A DNA stretch of 63,964 bases, filler included, from Octopus bimaculoides (taxonomy: Eukaryota), in the NCBI RefSeq assembly GCF_001194135.2. It is 9 parts of 9 records of this genome, joined end to end, with 100 filler letters (N's around TTAATTAATTAA, not from the genome) between each part and the next. Parts side by side here need not be neighbours in the genome. Positions count along the whole stretch, not along the records: positions 1 to 10,405 come from NC_069001.1; positions 10,506 to 18,017 come from NC_068983.1; 7 more parts are not named here. The stretch is one strand, 5' to 3'. The notes below the pieces were generated by a model, which worked only from the letters and a program-made list of their open reading frames with translations, was not told the origin of the DNA and did not search any database. A program made the position numbers and the translations under genes. Shown here one piece after another: positions 1 to 13,949 of the stretch. Every line of letters starts with the position of its first letter. The first letter of the stretch is position 1.

Positions 1-316
1 ATAGATAGATAGATGCAAAATTAACACAGAACCGTTACTCAGACTTCACGTGCATGTTAGTCGGACATTCAAAAGTATATATATATATATATATGTATAT
101 ACAAACTAAAATTAAGGATAAAATCTATACCTAATTTTCTCAAATAGCTACCATTTAACCTTATATCTATGTTCGTCTATATACTTTTAACTAGTAGCCA
201 TGATAACGTTCCCAAGAGATCTTCATGATATATATTATGAAGCCATGGAGATATGTCTTTATAACAATATGGTATATTTCTAGAAATCCTTTTATCATCT
301 AGATAAGTTGTTGTAA

Positions 317-354
<38 letters not shown>

Positions 355-1086
355 CTCCCCCTCTCTACCTCTCTCTATGTATATATATATATATATGAAG
401 AGAGAGAGAGAGACAGACAGACACATATAGAGGTATCAATACTTCTCGTATCTATATGAAAACACTATACAATTAGATATGACGTGATATCGATAAGGCA
501 TAGTGCCAGAATTCATTTTATAATACGAAGAAATATACTAAACTTTAAGGTTCAGTATCAATACGACGTCGATAAAAAATCCATTTTGTTATAAATAGAA
601 CAGTTCGTACTTTTATATAGCAGTAATCATTCAGAATATTTCCTCATAGTCACATATATTAGATGCAAAATTGGGAATTTATGCACTAGTTTGGAGTGAG
701 ATCAAGAAGTTCAATCAACTTAATTTTGACCTTTAATGAAGAGTCTGTTATTGACGAAATTGAGAAGAGTTGGAAAAACAAATTGATTTAAAACTAAACG
801 AGGACAAGCTGCGTAGAAGACATTTGAGGTTATAGATATTTCATTGCTGATAAAATCCGTCCAGTGATAAATTCCGTCCTGGTTTATTGTAAAGCGAGAT
901 ATATCAGTAGCTAACACTAGATGATAGTTTTAGCTAATATGATGAACAGATATGAAATATGGAGCGTTTCATAAATTAAACTCGACTTTTACTTCAGTAT
1001 AATTCTAATAATTCTTGAAATAGACATCTGCTTTGATGTGAAAGAACATATTTCAAGACATAACCTCACTATCTCCCTTACTCTCG

Positions 1087-1118
<32 letters not shown>

Positions 1119-1744
1119 NNNNNNNNNNNNNNNNNNNNNNNNNNNNNNNNNNNNNNNNNNNNNNNNNNNNNNNNNNNNNNNNNNNNNNNNNNNNNNNNNN
1201 NNNNNNNNNNNNNNNNNNNNNNNNNNNNNNNNNNNNNNNNNNNNNNNNNNNNNNNNNNNNNNNNNNNNNNNNNNNNNNNNNNNNNNNNNNNNNNNNNNNN
1301 NNTATACATGTTGAAATCGCACTAGGATTCGTTTCAATATTTCATTAACATTTTGTTTTAATTTAAGAAGTTAACACAGATTTCTGTGATTTTCAAAAGT
1401 TGAGACAGAGAAGTTTTTATATACAGAACATAGCTCTGTATCTCTTCCTGAATTTATTGGCCGAAGTTGATCACACGATTACGTTTATAATTTTTTTTCT
1501 TAATTTCCCGCTATATCATATGACTATAGATTTTGCATTACAAATTAAGGTTGACAAGGATTTTCTTTTTTTCTATGCGCACTAGAAATTTATATGGCGC
1601 TAGCTTAAAATGTTATATATCAGTTCTTGGCAATGAAATTTATTACTGCAAAACATGACTCCCGTTTTTATAGATGTAAAACAGCAGTAACCACAAAACA
1701 TTGTAATGTTTATTTGTAATATTGAGGGAAGAAGCAAATGGAAC

Positions 1745-2110
1745 TCGATCGACCCTGTACTCAAACAGGTGTGGAACATCAACTATATAGCATATGTGGT
1801 GCATCTTGTCGATCACCACTAGGTCCCGTCTGTTATGTTCTAGCACCTGATGCATTTGGATTGGGAAATTCCAGAAGATTTCGCTAGTCTCCGACTGCGC
1901 CACTTTCTGTGGTTTGTGCTCATAACACGTTTTGCCTCTCTCTAACCCCCATTTGTTGCACAGTTTGCAATGTAGGTCTTCTGTTACCTGATCATGTCGC
2001 CACAACTTGTAATGGTTTTGGGGAAGTCTAGGGGATTCGTTTGCAATATGAGCGATAGTTTCATTCACTGTATTACAGATGAGACACTTGCTCGTTTCAA
2101 AGTTTGACTC
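1745..2110 (-). mobile_element. R4/Dong-like RLE non-LTR retrotransposon fragment (CCHC + endonuclease region)
   Basis: KCLICNTVNETIAHI...RHDQV...CNKWGLERGKTCYEHKP...IFWNFPIQ...NRRDLVVIDK...CYIVDV matches the R4/Dong C-terminal CCHC and RPD-IVV motifs. Confidence 0.8.
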
Positions 2111-2480
2111 TCCAGTTCCATAAAATAAGCATATACAAAACTCATATTTTGGGCTCACTTTCGTATGGGGCAGAATCACGAACTCCCTACTACAAACATA
2201 TAGAGAAACACGAGACCTTTCACATATGCTGTCTGTGCAATATCTGCAGCATAAAATGGCATGATATGGTATCCACGGTCAAAATCTTAGAAAAATTAAA
2301 TATCTCCAGCATCAAAAAGCATGCTGCTAAAATTTCAGTGCAGATGGGTAGGACATGTTGTTGGAACGAAAGATGATCACATTCCGAAAATTCTTTTATA
2401 TGGCCAACAAGTAGAGGGATACAGCGAAAAAGATGACTGCCCTTCGGTAAAACTATAGGTTGTAGGAATCGCTAAAACCT
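2110..2480 (+). mobile_element. RTE-clade LINE reverse-transcriptase C-terminal fragment, decayed
   Basis: KISIYKTHILGSLSYGAES...FHICCLCNICSIKWHDMV...ILEK...IPKILLYGQ resembles RTE LSTLLYGSESW...FHLRCLRRILGITWQD...IPKDILYGE. Confidence 0.7.
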
Positions 2481-3009
2481 CTACAGCTTAATTTGACATG
2501 AAAGGAAATGTGTTGCCTAGATCAATGTTCATAGTGTAAAGTGCGTCATGAGACTCATAAGTGTGTCAGTAGGCGAAACACAACAATTATAGAATTACAT
2601 CCTGCAATTATGAGACAAATTCTCCCAATTCCAGGCAAAATTCAAATTATCAGTGTCCCCATTTTGATTTCATAGCAAATTCCATACCTGAATTCAAACT
2701 ACATTCACACATCCATCGCAAATATAAGCAGCTTCCTTATTTTTAAATTAGATTTTATTCTCTTTTTTCTTAACCTCTCATGTAACACTCATACGGGAGT
2801 GGACATCATTAATTTTATTATTCGGGCAAACTGCTTAGAAGCATTTCATCTATCTTTACGTTCTGAAATCTAATCATGCAGCAGTCGACTTTTCCATTGA
2901 TATTTTTGGGGTCGATAAAACAAGTATGAGTTGAAAAGAAGGGTTGACGAAATCGAATTACCTCTTCCCCTCAAAAAGTCACAAGCATTGTGACTATCGA
3001 AGAAAGGGT

Positions 3010-3340
3010 TATTATCATCATCATCATTATTATTATTATCATTATCATTATTGTTATTATGTAAGACGTTGCAAAGTATCCAACATCGTGATATTGTTGA
3101 TTGAATATATTGTGTTTACCAAGGGTTTGTAATTTCTGTCACATCACAAGGGCCGCAGACAAACAGAACTGTACGCAGTATGCATGCAGTTCCAAGTAAA
3201 GCCGATTTTTGCAATACACCTAAATTGTAGGGTATTTCTAAAGTTTCCTGATATGTTTTTAGGGTGAGTGGTTTTGAACCCATTCCTCCGATGAAAATAG
3301 TGACAACCTTTAGATTTGATTCTCGTACCTGCCACGTCTT
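3010..3340 (-). mobile_element. R4/Dong-like 3' end (ORF end + 3' UTR) abutting a (TTA/TCA)n tract
   Basis: Minus frame ...LEIPYNLGVLQKSALLGTACILRTVL resembles the Dong C-terminal QKxALLGTAxILRK motif; homologous to 3985-4250. Confidence 0.65.
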
Positions 3341-3984
3341 AGCGATCTTAATTCTCAGATCTCTATATTTATCAATCGTTTTTCTTTCTTTCGTGATGTG
3401 TTAATCTCGTGATATGTTGATTTAAGCTCAAATTCTGCCGAGGTCGATTTTGCCGTTCATCCTTTCGGGGTAGATAAATTTAGTACAAGCTGCTTACTGG
3501 GTTCGATCCAATCGACTGGCTCCTCCACCAAAATGTCAGCCCTTGTGCCTATAATAGAAAATATTATTATTATTATTGATTGAGAGCAGTTAATGCCATC
3601 AAAGTGACACTAGGATAAAATATACGAAACCCTGTAGAGCCATCATCACTACCCGTTTGATAACGGTACACCAGGCACATGCATCACAACCATAAGTGCG
3701 TGATATAGTGATCTCATATAAAGATAAACGGTTCATGATCCTGCAGGTGGGGCCCGGTTAGAATTTTCTCCATGTCGAGTAACCCATCCCACTAAAAAGG
3801 TCCCCGAATAAGGGTTGTTTATGGACGATTAAAAAAACACCCATGTTTCCAAAGGTGAATTATCCAAACCCCAAATAGTTCCTCTCAACTATTTTATACC
3901 ACGACAAAACAGTGTACATGATAACACTTCCAATTAATTAAGATCAGAAGCCATGAAAGCCACTGACTGGTACTGCATCAAGGC

Positions 3985-4250
3985 ACATTATTATTATGAT
4001 CGTCATCATTATCATCATCATCATCATTATTATTATTATTATTATTTAAGATGTCACATATTATCCAATATTGTGACATTTTTGATTGAATATATTTTGT
4101 GTACCGGTGGTTTGTACCGTCTCTCAAGTCATCACATGGATCTTAGTCAGAAACTACTTTGCGAAATATGCGTGTTGTTCCACGTAATTCCGATTTTTGC
4201 AAAGCACCTAGATTGTAGGCTATTTCTAAAGTTTCCAGAGGTTTCTTCCA
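3985..4250 (-). mobile_element. Second R4/Dong-like 3' end, paralogous to 3010-3340
   Basis: Shares ttgattgaatatatt...gtgt, ccgatttttgcaa..cacctaRattgtagg.tatttctaaagtttcc with the first copy; also ends in a TTA/TCA tract. Confidence 0.6.
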
Positions 4251-4251
4251 G

Positions 4252-4296
<45 letters not shown>

Positions 4297-4342
4297 GTAG
4301 TAGTAGGAGGAGGAGGAGTAGTATCATTATTATTACTATTTA

Positions 4343-4560
4343 AGCCGGTGAGCTGGCAGAATCGTTGACACGCCGGGCAAAATGCTTAGCTGCATTTCGT
4401 CCGTCTTTACGATCTGAGTTCAAATGCCGACGGTCTGATTTCAAATTGTTTCGGGGTCGATAAATTATGTACCAGTTGAGTACTGGGGTCGATCTAACAG
4501 ATTTATCCCTTCCCCAAAATGTCCCTATAGTAGAAAGGATTATTATTATTATTAATTTTA
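4343..4560 (+). mobile_element. tRNA-derived SINE family A, well-preserved copy
   Basis: Head gagctggcagaatcgttg...gagttcaaat (Pol III A/B box-like), central ttcggggtcgataaattatgtaccag, (ATT)n tail. The central domain resembles the MetaSINE domain as I recall it. Confidence 0.8.
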
Positions 4561-7500
4561 TTTGTAGCAGCCATGTGCCAGAGTCGTTAGTACGCCGGGG
4601 AAAATGGTTAGCGGTAGTTTGCCCATCATTAAGTCCTGAGTTACACTTTGATCGTAGTCGACTTTTCCTTACAATCTTTCGAGGTAAATAACATGAGTAC
4701 CAACTGAGCCTTAGGGTCAATGCAATCGGTTAGCCCCATCCCTCATATTTTTAGGCTTATCCCTATATTATTTGTAGTTTTAGTGGTAGTAGTTTTCTTC
4801 AGTTTTAGATTAGTGCATCAACTCTTAAAAAAAAAAAGAAAGAAATATATATTATTATTTGACATCAAAAACACGTCAAATTAACTAGACACTACATCTT
4901 TGTGGCAGGCGTCCAGAAATTATTTTAATATAGTAGCAAACTATTAGATATAACACTATGACTTAATGGTGGAATTTCAAATCTCATTTATAATTTGACT
5001 TTGTGCCAGCGATTTTGTTATTATACTAATGTATTATCTTTATTCCCATAGAACCTACTCGTGCTGTGATATGAGTCTGGCGTCAGTCCAGAAATGATAT
5101 AGTACTATAGTAATATCTAATATATAGTATTTAGAATATAACTCTACAAATAAAAAGCTATCGTATTGATTGATGAGAACTAATAAAAGTTTCACTAATA
5201 TCACTATAATACGGGATGTTTGGAAGAGTGATATCTCTATATTGTATCAGGGCAACGAATTTTCTGGAATCCGTCACTGATATAAGAGAATTTTGGACTT
5301 ATGCCATGGAGTTACAATAATCATAAACATGTGTAATGATTCAGTATTAAAATAATGGTACGTCTTGATTGTATTGTTATAATATAAAGACTATCAGTGG
5401 AGTGGCAGACATGCTATAATGAGGGAATCGATATGAAACGATGTTTACCTTCCTATGTTTTCCCTTTGGGGCACACATTTGATAGAACTCAGCTGTGTAT
5501 TTAAACCCTACAGTCACAAAAACGCAATAACGTGTCATTATATATATATATATATATATATATATNNNNNNNNNNNNNNNNNNNNNNNNNNNNNNNNNNN
5601 NNNNNNNNNNNNNNNNNNNNNNNNNNNNNNNNNNNNNNNNNNNNNNNNNNNNNNNNNNNNNNNNNNNNNNNNNNNNNNNNNNNNNNNNNNNNNNNNNNNN
5701 NNNNNNNNNNNNNNNNNNNNNNNNNNNNNNNNNNNNNNNNNNNNNNNNNNNNNNNNNNNNNNNNNNNNNNNNNNNNNNNNNNNNNNNNNNNNNNNNNNNN
5801 NNNNNNNNNNNNNNNNNNNNNNNNNNNNNNNNNNNNNNNNNNNNNNNNNNNNNNNNNNNNNNNNNNNNNNNNNNNNNNNNNNNNNNNNNNNNNNNNNNNN
5901 NNNNNNNNNNNNNNNNNNNNNNNNNNNNNNNNNNNNNNNNNNNNNNNNNNNNNNNNNNNNNNNNNNNNNNNNNNNNNNNNNNNNNNNNNNNNNNNNNNNN
6001 NNNNNNNNNNNNNNNNNNNNNNNNNNNNNNNNNNNNNNNNNNNNNNNNNNNNNNNNNNNNNNNNNNNNNNNNNNNNNNNNNNNNNNNNNNNNNNNNNNNN
6101 NNNNNNNNNNNNNNNNNNNNNNNNNNNNNNNNNNNNNNNNNNNNNNNNNNCATCAATTTAAAACCAGTGACCTGGCATAAAGAAAAATCTGAAAATTCAG
6201 AAAAAATGTGTTACATATGTATAAGAAGGGATGACCACTAAGTGGACATCCATTATGCTCGAAATAGATAACCTACGATCGTAGTCATTCCTTCTTATAT
6301 GTATGTAACATATATATGTAGAGAGAGAGAGAGAGTAAAGAAGTATAGCCCAGTGCTAAGTGGAAGCTTATTTATCACTTGATATAAACGCGGAGGTAAA
6401 GGTGACAAGCTGGAAAAGGCGTTAGCGCGCCGGACAAAATACATCTTTACGTTCTGGGTTCGAATTTTGCAGAGATCGACCTTAACTTTCGTGGGTTCAA
6501 ATTCTGTACAGGTTGTCCTTGCTTTTCATCTTTTCACTCTCAATAAACAGGAAAAAAGAAAAAAAAACCTGCTGTTTCTGTACCAAAATTTCAAATCGAT
6601 ACACAAACACAAGCATAGATGCCCACCGTGTCGGCCAGTTAATTCATGGTCGGTGAAGAGATTGTAACTCTGTGTACTATCATTAATAATGCATTGTGAT
6701 AGATGACCATGCACAAATAATCTAGTTCATCTAGCGGAAAATGTATAACTGATTTACTGCTAGAATATATCGGTGATCTAAGTAACAGAGGCACTCTAGA
6801 TCTGAATGTGATTCATTAATGTAAAATGATAGATTCAAATTATGTGTCTTTGGAGGAAATAGTTTGCAAAATTTGGACTAATCCATAGCAATTAATCAAA
6901 AATTATGAGAAGATATCAGAAAATGTGATGCTATACTTATTACACAGATTGGTGTCGATATGATTGGATTGAGGGATTTGTTCCGTGCTTACGGATAACC
7001 CTATGATAGATTAACATTGAGGAGCTTGGAAGACTCTTGCTTACCAGTTTTTCGCTTATGTGGAAGAAATGCTTTGCGTGGTCTACCTTGATATTTCTCG
7101 TTACACCGTTTGTTCATGTATGGATTTTTCTGCGTGCTTATTTTCAGCAGCATCTTATCTCCATGAACTTCACTCGTACACTAAACTAGAGATATTGATA
7201 ATAGAGCTGTGACTTATGTGAGCTGCGTTTTAATGGAACCGAGGGTTATCTAGGTTCACGCAGACAACACTGAACCTCCCAAAACTCAACCATTGGACTC
7301 GATTAGAAAAATTTTAAATGATGGCCCACTAGCTCGAAAAAATTCCAATTATGTTTTAGACTGCGCCTTCACGCCACTTTCGGACAGCTGCAGGAGCAAA
7401 CATTTGTGTCATATTCTACAAAGTACCAAATTTTGTTCGTAGGAACCACTGCTCCGACAAGTTCTGTCATAGTGGAATTACTTGCATTTCGGGCTCTACG

Positions 7501-7799
7501 ATTGTGAATCATGTGAATGCTACGCGATTTCTCATAGCGTTAAGGCGTGGACAGTTTATCTCACCACTCCCAATCAAGTGATGTCATGTAATGCCATTTT
7601 GATGTTGTAGAATTTTGAGTAACGATAAAGTGAGAAAGAAGGAGACAAAACGGTGAAGGGGAGAAAAACGGAATTAGAGAAAGATGGGGGAGAAAAGAGT
7701 ATAGAGTAGAGTCGCATCAAAAAGGTTTAACACAGTATGAAATAGAATCGCATCAAAAAGGTTAAAATAAATTAATTGCAAATGGACGCATGGTGTTCA

Positions 7800-8005
7800 A
7801 TTATGGGAACAACTGTCTTTGAAGAATCATATTGTCATTGAATGCTCGAAATTAGGAGTAGATACACAGCTGACAACTGTTGAAGAGTCGTTCTTTGTGT
7901 TACTTGTCCTGTTTTCCATTTTCTCTCTCGTTGTTTGTGTATTTAACTCGTTTGTTTTCGTACTTCATGTTGTGTATACAGTTGGCAACATCCTGTACCC
8001 ATATA
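7800..8005 (+). repeat. Interspersed repeat, diverged copy of 61258-61442
   Basis: Shared catattgtcattgaatgctcgaaat.aggagtagata.acagc.gacaactg.tgaagagtc...tcctgtacccatat. Confidence 0.7.
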
Positions 8006-8006
8006 T

Positions 8007-8037
<31 letters not shown>

Positions 8038-8081
8038 NNNNNNNNNNNNNNNNNNNNNNNNNNNNNNNNNNNNNNNNNNNN

Positions 8082-8125
<44 letters not shown>

Positions 8126-8872
8126 GAATTAATTGAACGCCATGCATTCATTTCCAAATAAGTTTATATATATAAAATATTACGTATTTTTCAATAAGTT
8201 TATAATTAGGGTCACTCAATCACTAAAATGAGCCTAAGGGCACAACACGTATAAGAATAAGGTTAACATCTATTGAAATACTTATCGAAAATTGCAACTT
8301 CTCACACGTACACAGCCTACGAACCCAATTAATATGTACATTCCACATCGTTACTTACCTTCTATGAAATACCAGCAAAGTATTCTTTAAACGGTGCTAT
8401 TAGATAAATTATGAGAAAAAGTTTGCATCTTTATAGTTGGAATGTATTTCACGGGAGGCGTGAGTCTATTACTATTATACACTTGAGAAGCCTTTCTATT
8501 TTTCACAATTTTGCATATCACATTGAGTTACATGAATCTCAGGAAGCATATGATACATCGTCGACAATGAAATAACATATTTTCTAATCACATTATGAAC
8601 TTGGAGTTTTTATTTGTGTTCTCAAGAGATACATGCTGGCACACATTATCAAATGTCATGATTTGCTTACCATTACCTGAAAGAAATATTCGGTGAAATA
8701 GCTGTTTTAATTGATGCAAATCGTTTACTCGCACACAAGGTCATCTTTACATTGTACCTCGAAAACAAGAGACGTTTATACTGAATTGTCGAAACGATTT
8801 CCATCACACACTACTACACCTCACACAGGCTTTTGTAAATATGCAATGAAGTTACGTATGCATATATTAAAA

Positions 8873-9065
8873 TACGAGGTGGTGCTGAAAAGATCTTGAC
8901 TTCGAGTAAAGGAAAATACGAGAATCAGTTATGATTTTATTCAACATATTCCCCTCTCAGATTCACACACTTATTGCAGCCGTCCTTCGGAACTCGGAAT
9001 GTTGGGCCTCTTGCCAGGAGATTTTCTTTACCCTTAGAGCTAGGAACTTTTCAGAGCCCCTCATA
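8873..9065 (-). mobile_element. Mariner-derived MITE
   Basis: TA-cgaggtggtgctgaaaagatcttg ... ctaggaacttttcagagcccctca-TA inverted termini; interior is the reverse complement of 17655-17879. Confidence 0.75.
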
Positions 9066-10173
9066 GATAGATAGATAGATAGGCAGATATAAAGAAAGAG
9101 AGACAGAGAGAAAGTATGTTTGTGTGCGTAATTTTAAGAGTGATGTTTGAAAGTTTAATTATTGAAACATATTGAAGTGATTTTTTTTTAATCAGTTCAA
9201 TGTGGTCTGATTTAAAACATTCCATAGCATAAAACTAGATTGTTGACAATGATTATTAAATATATAATAACAGCTTCTTATTAATTAAATCTAACAAAAT
9301 GACCACTTTAATTCTGCAATGTCTGAAGACAGTGAACATTTGTAGTGTCAAAAAAAGTAATTGGCATTGGTGTTGTTGGCAGAAAATTCGTGGTTCTTCA
9401 ATTTGTCAGGGTATTCTAGTATGTTGGGACAAAAGTGGTACTTTCTTTAAAAATGTTGGCAGCGGGACAGGAATGGTTAAATGAAATTTCCTTGTCTTAT
9501 TTTCATTTTCCTTTACACCACACACTTCACACACACACAAACACACATGTACGTACGTACGTGCATGCAGATATATACGACGACACGAATACACTTATAA
9601 AAGAATTCGAACATACGCATATGCATGAATAATTTCTTTGTTGGCGATTTTAGTATTGAAATTGGAAATATCTACAATTTTGAGATGGTACTGAATTTAA
9701 TAGCAACATTTTCTACTGATATGAGAATGGAATTTGGCCAACAAAATGTTCATACTTGATGGTTCAACGTGAGAAGCTCTCTTGCCAAACAAAACCCATT
9801 AACATGAGTGTACACTCTATACCCTATGTACTATAAAATAATGATAGAAATACCCGAGTATTAATAGAAATGTATACTGGATAGGCATGAACAATAAACA
9901 TTTTACCTGAGTTTAGGATATATAGACTTTGTTTTTTGTATTTTTCTCATATTCTATGGTTGTGTGGTAAGAAGCTTTTTTCCCAACCATATGGTTCCGG
10001 GTTCAATCCACTGCGTGGCACATTGGGAAAGTGTCTTCTGCTATGGTCCCAGTCCAACCTACGTATTGACAGAAGATCCGGTAGACGTAAACTGAAATGT
10101 ATATGTATCAAATATGTATGGATATATATAGTAAAAGTGTATATATATATATATAGTAAAAGAGAGTAAAAGA

Positions 10174-10212
<39 letters not shown>

Positions 10213-10405
10213 TGAGGAAGGTGTAGGATTTAACCAAACCCCAAAAGATACAGGTAATACCGAGTAAGTGCTGTATACCGACTAGTTATTCCCCAGTCGT
10301 TGTATGAACAGGATTGGGGATTATAAGTCGTGTATTAGCGTGTGTATATGTAAATATATAAAAGGATACCATTGCTCTCTTTATCCTTTTATATATATAT
10401 ATATA

Positions 10406-10505
10406 NNNNNNNNNNNNNNNNNNNNNNNNNNNNNNNNNNNNNNNNNNNNTTAATTAATTAANNNNNNNNNNNNNNNNNNNNNNNNNNNNNNNNNNNNNNN
10501 NNNNN
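10406..10505. other. Assembly gap marker 44N-TTAATTAATTAA-44N (also at 18062, 24793, 45007, 54921, 58690, 60789, 62864)
   Basis: The identical palindromic 12-mer, with TAA in all six frames, is embedded in N runs eight times; it is an artificial spacer. Confidence 0.95.
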
Positions 10506-11182
10506 ATATATATATATATATATATACATATATATATGGAATGTCGGTAAAACATAAATCTGAAGAAGGAGCACACTTTAAGTTATAGAGCAGTATATCA
10601 TATAAATAAAGTTAGATAAGGCTGGTTTATGGCATTTCCCCTCCATAGAGTGCTTAACTTTATGGAATATCATCAGATCCCAAAACTGGCCAAAACTCCA
10701 ATGTCATTGTCAATACTCTTCTTATTAAAGAGTGATGAATACACACACATGATTTATATAAATAACAGGCTCTGTCAGTTTCTGTCAGTCAAATCCACTC
10801 ACAAAATTTTGATCAAGTAGCCATGAAGTTGGACTGGGCCCAAAGCCATGTAGCTGGAAAGCAAACTTCTTACCACACAACCACATCTGTATCTACATAT
10901 ATGAATACATGCATATATATATACATATATACCTATGTATGTATGTATGTGTTTTTTGTTTGTTTACTCTTTCATAAGACATCTATTTGCTCTATTGTAA
11001 TTACCCTTAGTAAGGTATTTTTCATCATAAGTACTCAACAGATATTCTCACAAAATATGAAATTGTAGCGCTGTCCCGAAAGTCTGTGACAAAGTGTGAA
11101 AGAATAGACAAAAATAGTTAACTTGTGATGCACAATATACAGGAAATATATATGTGTGCATGTATACATGTGTGTACGTGTG

Positions 11183-11282
11183 TGTGTGTGTGTATGCCAA
11201 CCCATGCCAGCATGAAACAAGGATGTTAAATGATAATAATGATATAAATATGTGTGTGTGCATAAATATACATATATATATA

Positions 11283-11341
<59 letters not shown>

Positions 11342-11420
11342 GCACACACACATATTTATATCATTATTATCATTTAACATCCTTGTTTCATGCTGGCATG
11401 GGTTGGCATACACACACACA
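11183..11420. repeat. Perfect 88-bp inverted repeat around a 62-bp TA-rich spacer
   Basis: 11183-11270 is the exact reverse complement of 11333-11420. Confidence 0.9.
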
Positions 11421-13897
11421 TATATATATATATATACATATATATGTGTGTGTGTGTGCACATACACACATATATATGTACATATATGTATATACATATA
11501 CATATACATGCACTCATTGACACATGTAAATTATCTTTACGAACCAGGATAGACACCTTCTTGTTCTCTCCTAAATTAACACAAAACTTACTTTTTATTT
11601 CATTATGTATTTTATGAAAACTGATTCAAATAATTTCAGATATTTCAAAAGCAACATTTGTCTTAAAAATTTATAAATTTTCATAATTCTTTAAGCTATA
11701 ACTTGCTTCTGAGAATATTTCAAAATCTTGCATTTTCTGTCATGTTCTAAATAAATAAACACTGCTCAATTTATAGAATGAAAAAAATAATATTATTAAA
11801 ACCAATAATGATAATGTAGTAAGTATTCTCTCTAAGTTGTGAAGAAAATTTTTTAATAATGTCAGTCAGATATTTAAGTATGGCATTTTAGCCTTTGTTT
11901 TTATTTTTATTTTTAAATTCTTTTCTTGTATGCAAGTCAATCATTTCTGATGAACTTGAAATGGTAGAAAGGGTGGAATGATTTTTTAAATATCTTGTAT
12001 TTAGTTACATTCCTTTAACATCTGAATTCAAATTTTGCTAGGGTGAACTTTGCCATTTATCCTTTGGGGATTAGTGAAGTACCAGTTAGCTACTGGGACT
12101 AATTAATTTCCCAGGAATGCATCCTAGAAATGAATGGAATAACAAGAGAAGAAAGCCTTTTTTATCAAAGTTTAAATTATATATCTCAAAACGAAAATTT
12201 TGCTCCCAACTTTTGTTATTCTTTCCTCAATGTCTTCAAGAAATATCCACAGAATTTTAGTGCAGAGCTACAAAGCAAAAAAACAATTAATAAATCATTA
12301 TATAAAAAAACTACTTTTAATTATATGAAATATGTAAGTCCTTTGTGTTTAAGTAAGATATTTTAGTACTTTTCTTCTATAATGAAAATAATGCAAGCTA
12401 AAATTAATCCCATAGCTTCCTTGTATCAAAAGAGTCTGTAAATATCAGCAAAATTTGCTTTCTTTCTAATTCTAACCATGATAATTAGTTCTTTCAGACT
12501 TTCAGAAATAACACTTGTTGCTTTGTCTTTATCATAATGCCTAATTAAAGTCATTGTTTCTGATAGAAAGTCAAAAATTACAACTTTTCTTCAATGTCAT
12601 AATGAAGACTGATCATGAAGCTACTTGTACAGCTGAGAAATTCTTCTTCCAAATTCTTGTAAAAGATGTGGAATGGTCTAGAAATTAACTTGTCTATAAA
12701 AACTAAATTTTATTTTTTTGCAATAATGTGAGGGTATTTGTTTCAAAATTTATGTATAGAAAGAAACACTTTAATTTTACTGCCTTAGATAAGTAGCTAG
12801 ATGAATGCTGTTGTGTTAGAAAACTATCCCATCAAATGATTATAATAAATTTATATAAATAATTAAGCTTAATTTCTTTTGCTTTTATCACTCAAAGATA
12901 TTACATTCTGGTAAAGAAAAAAAATACTTTTTAATCATATTTCCTAAACTAATTATAAAAGTGAAAAATATTGCAAATTTACTTATGTTTTCATTAACTG
13001 GCACTGTATTAATGGATTACAAATATTTTTTTTTCTTTGCAAACAGCACCATTTCCATAATTTAATGGAGAATAAATCTGCATGTTGCAACCATTTCCTC
13101 ATTTTAGAAAACCCAATTTTTTTACCTCCTCTTTGTTCATTTTTGTTCATTTGTAAAAAAAAAAAAATCCTAATTAGACAGTTATGGAGAATATTTGCTT
13201 TCAAGCCTTACCATAATTTTCTGTTGGTGAATCTCTCACAAAGCATATAATTTGGATGGGACAGTTAGCATACAAAGAACTATAATGTTTTCTAAGCTGG
13301 GTAGCTTGAGGGGGAAGAGCAACACAAGCTTCAGCTGTGAAAGGAAAAAAATAAATTAAAGTATACTTCCATTTATGACTTCCTGCTTATGCCTGGTTTG
13401 ATCAACATAGTTACAGAAATAAACCCCAAAAGTCATTTCTGGTAAACTTCAAACCATTTCAAAGGCAATAGCTATTAAGGGGAAGTGAGGTGAAAAAAAA
13501 ATCACTTAATGAAAAAATCACAGTTATCACAACAGGACAAGAATAAAGATTACTTTACTCTGAACTAATAAATCCAAATTGCTTGTCCCAAGGGGCCCCT
13601 CAATACAAGGTATCTAGATTGGACCTGGCACACACTACCTCTAAGCAAATCTCAACCACAAAAAAAAAGAACAAAGTACATGAGGAAATGCAAATGAATA
13701 CTGTAAAGCTACTTTGGTATCAGTGGGAGATCAGTAAAGTTTGTCAGGAAGTTCCTTCAATATTAAAACATAAAATCTTCTGACAGCCATCGCCAATTCT
13801 TTTACACAGACAAAAGATTTTATATGAATGTTTCAAGGTGAAAGAGAAGAAAGTGAGGAACTTGGACAAGCTCACCGGAGATGTGTGACAAGAAGTC

Positions 13898-13949
13898 TCA
13901 GAAACCTCCAGAATTAATTCTAGGGCTCCAATAAAAACTGCCCTCAAAC
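13898..13949 (-). CDS. Candidate terminal exon of an unidentified minus-strand gene (xFEGSFYWSPRINSGGF*; alternative frames possible)
   Basis: Strong acceptor ttctttttcttttctttctgtaaaattacag|G on the - strand, followed by about 2.3 kb of AT-rich, microsatellite-free 3' UTR-like sequence down to about 11600. Product not recognised. Confidence 0.35.
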
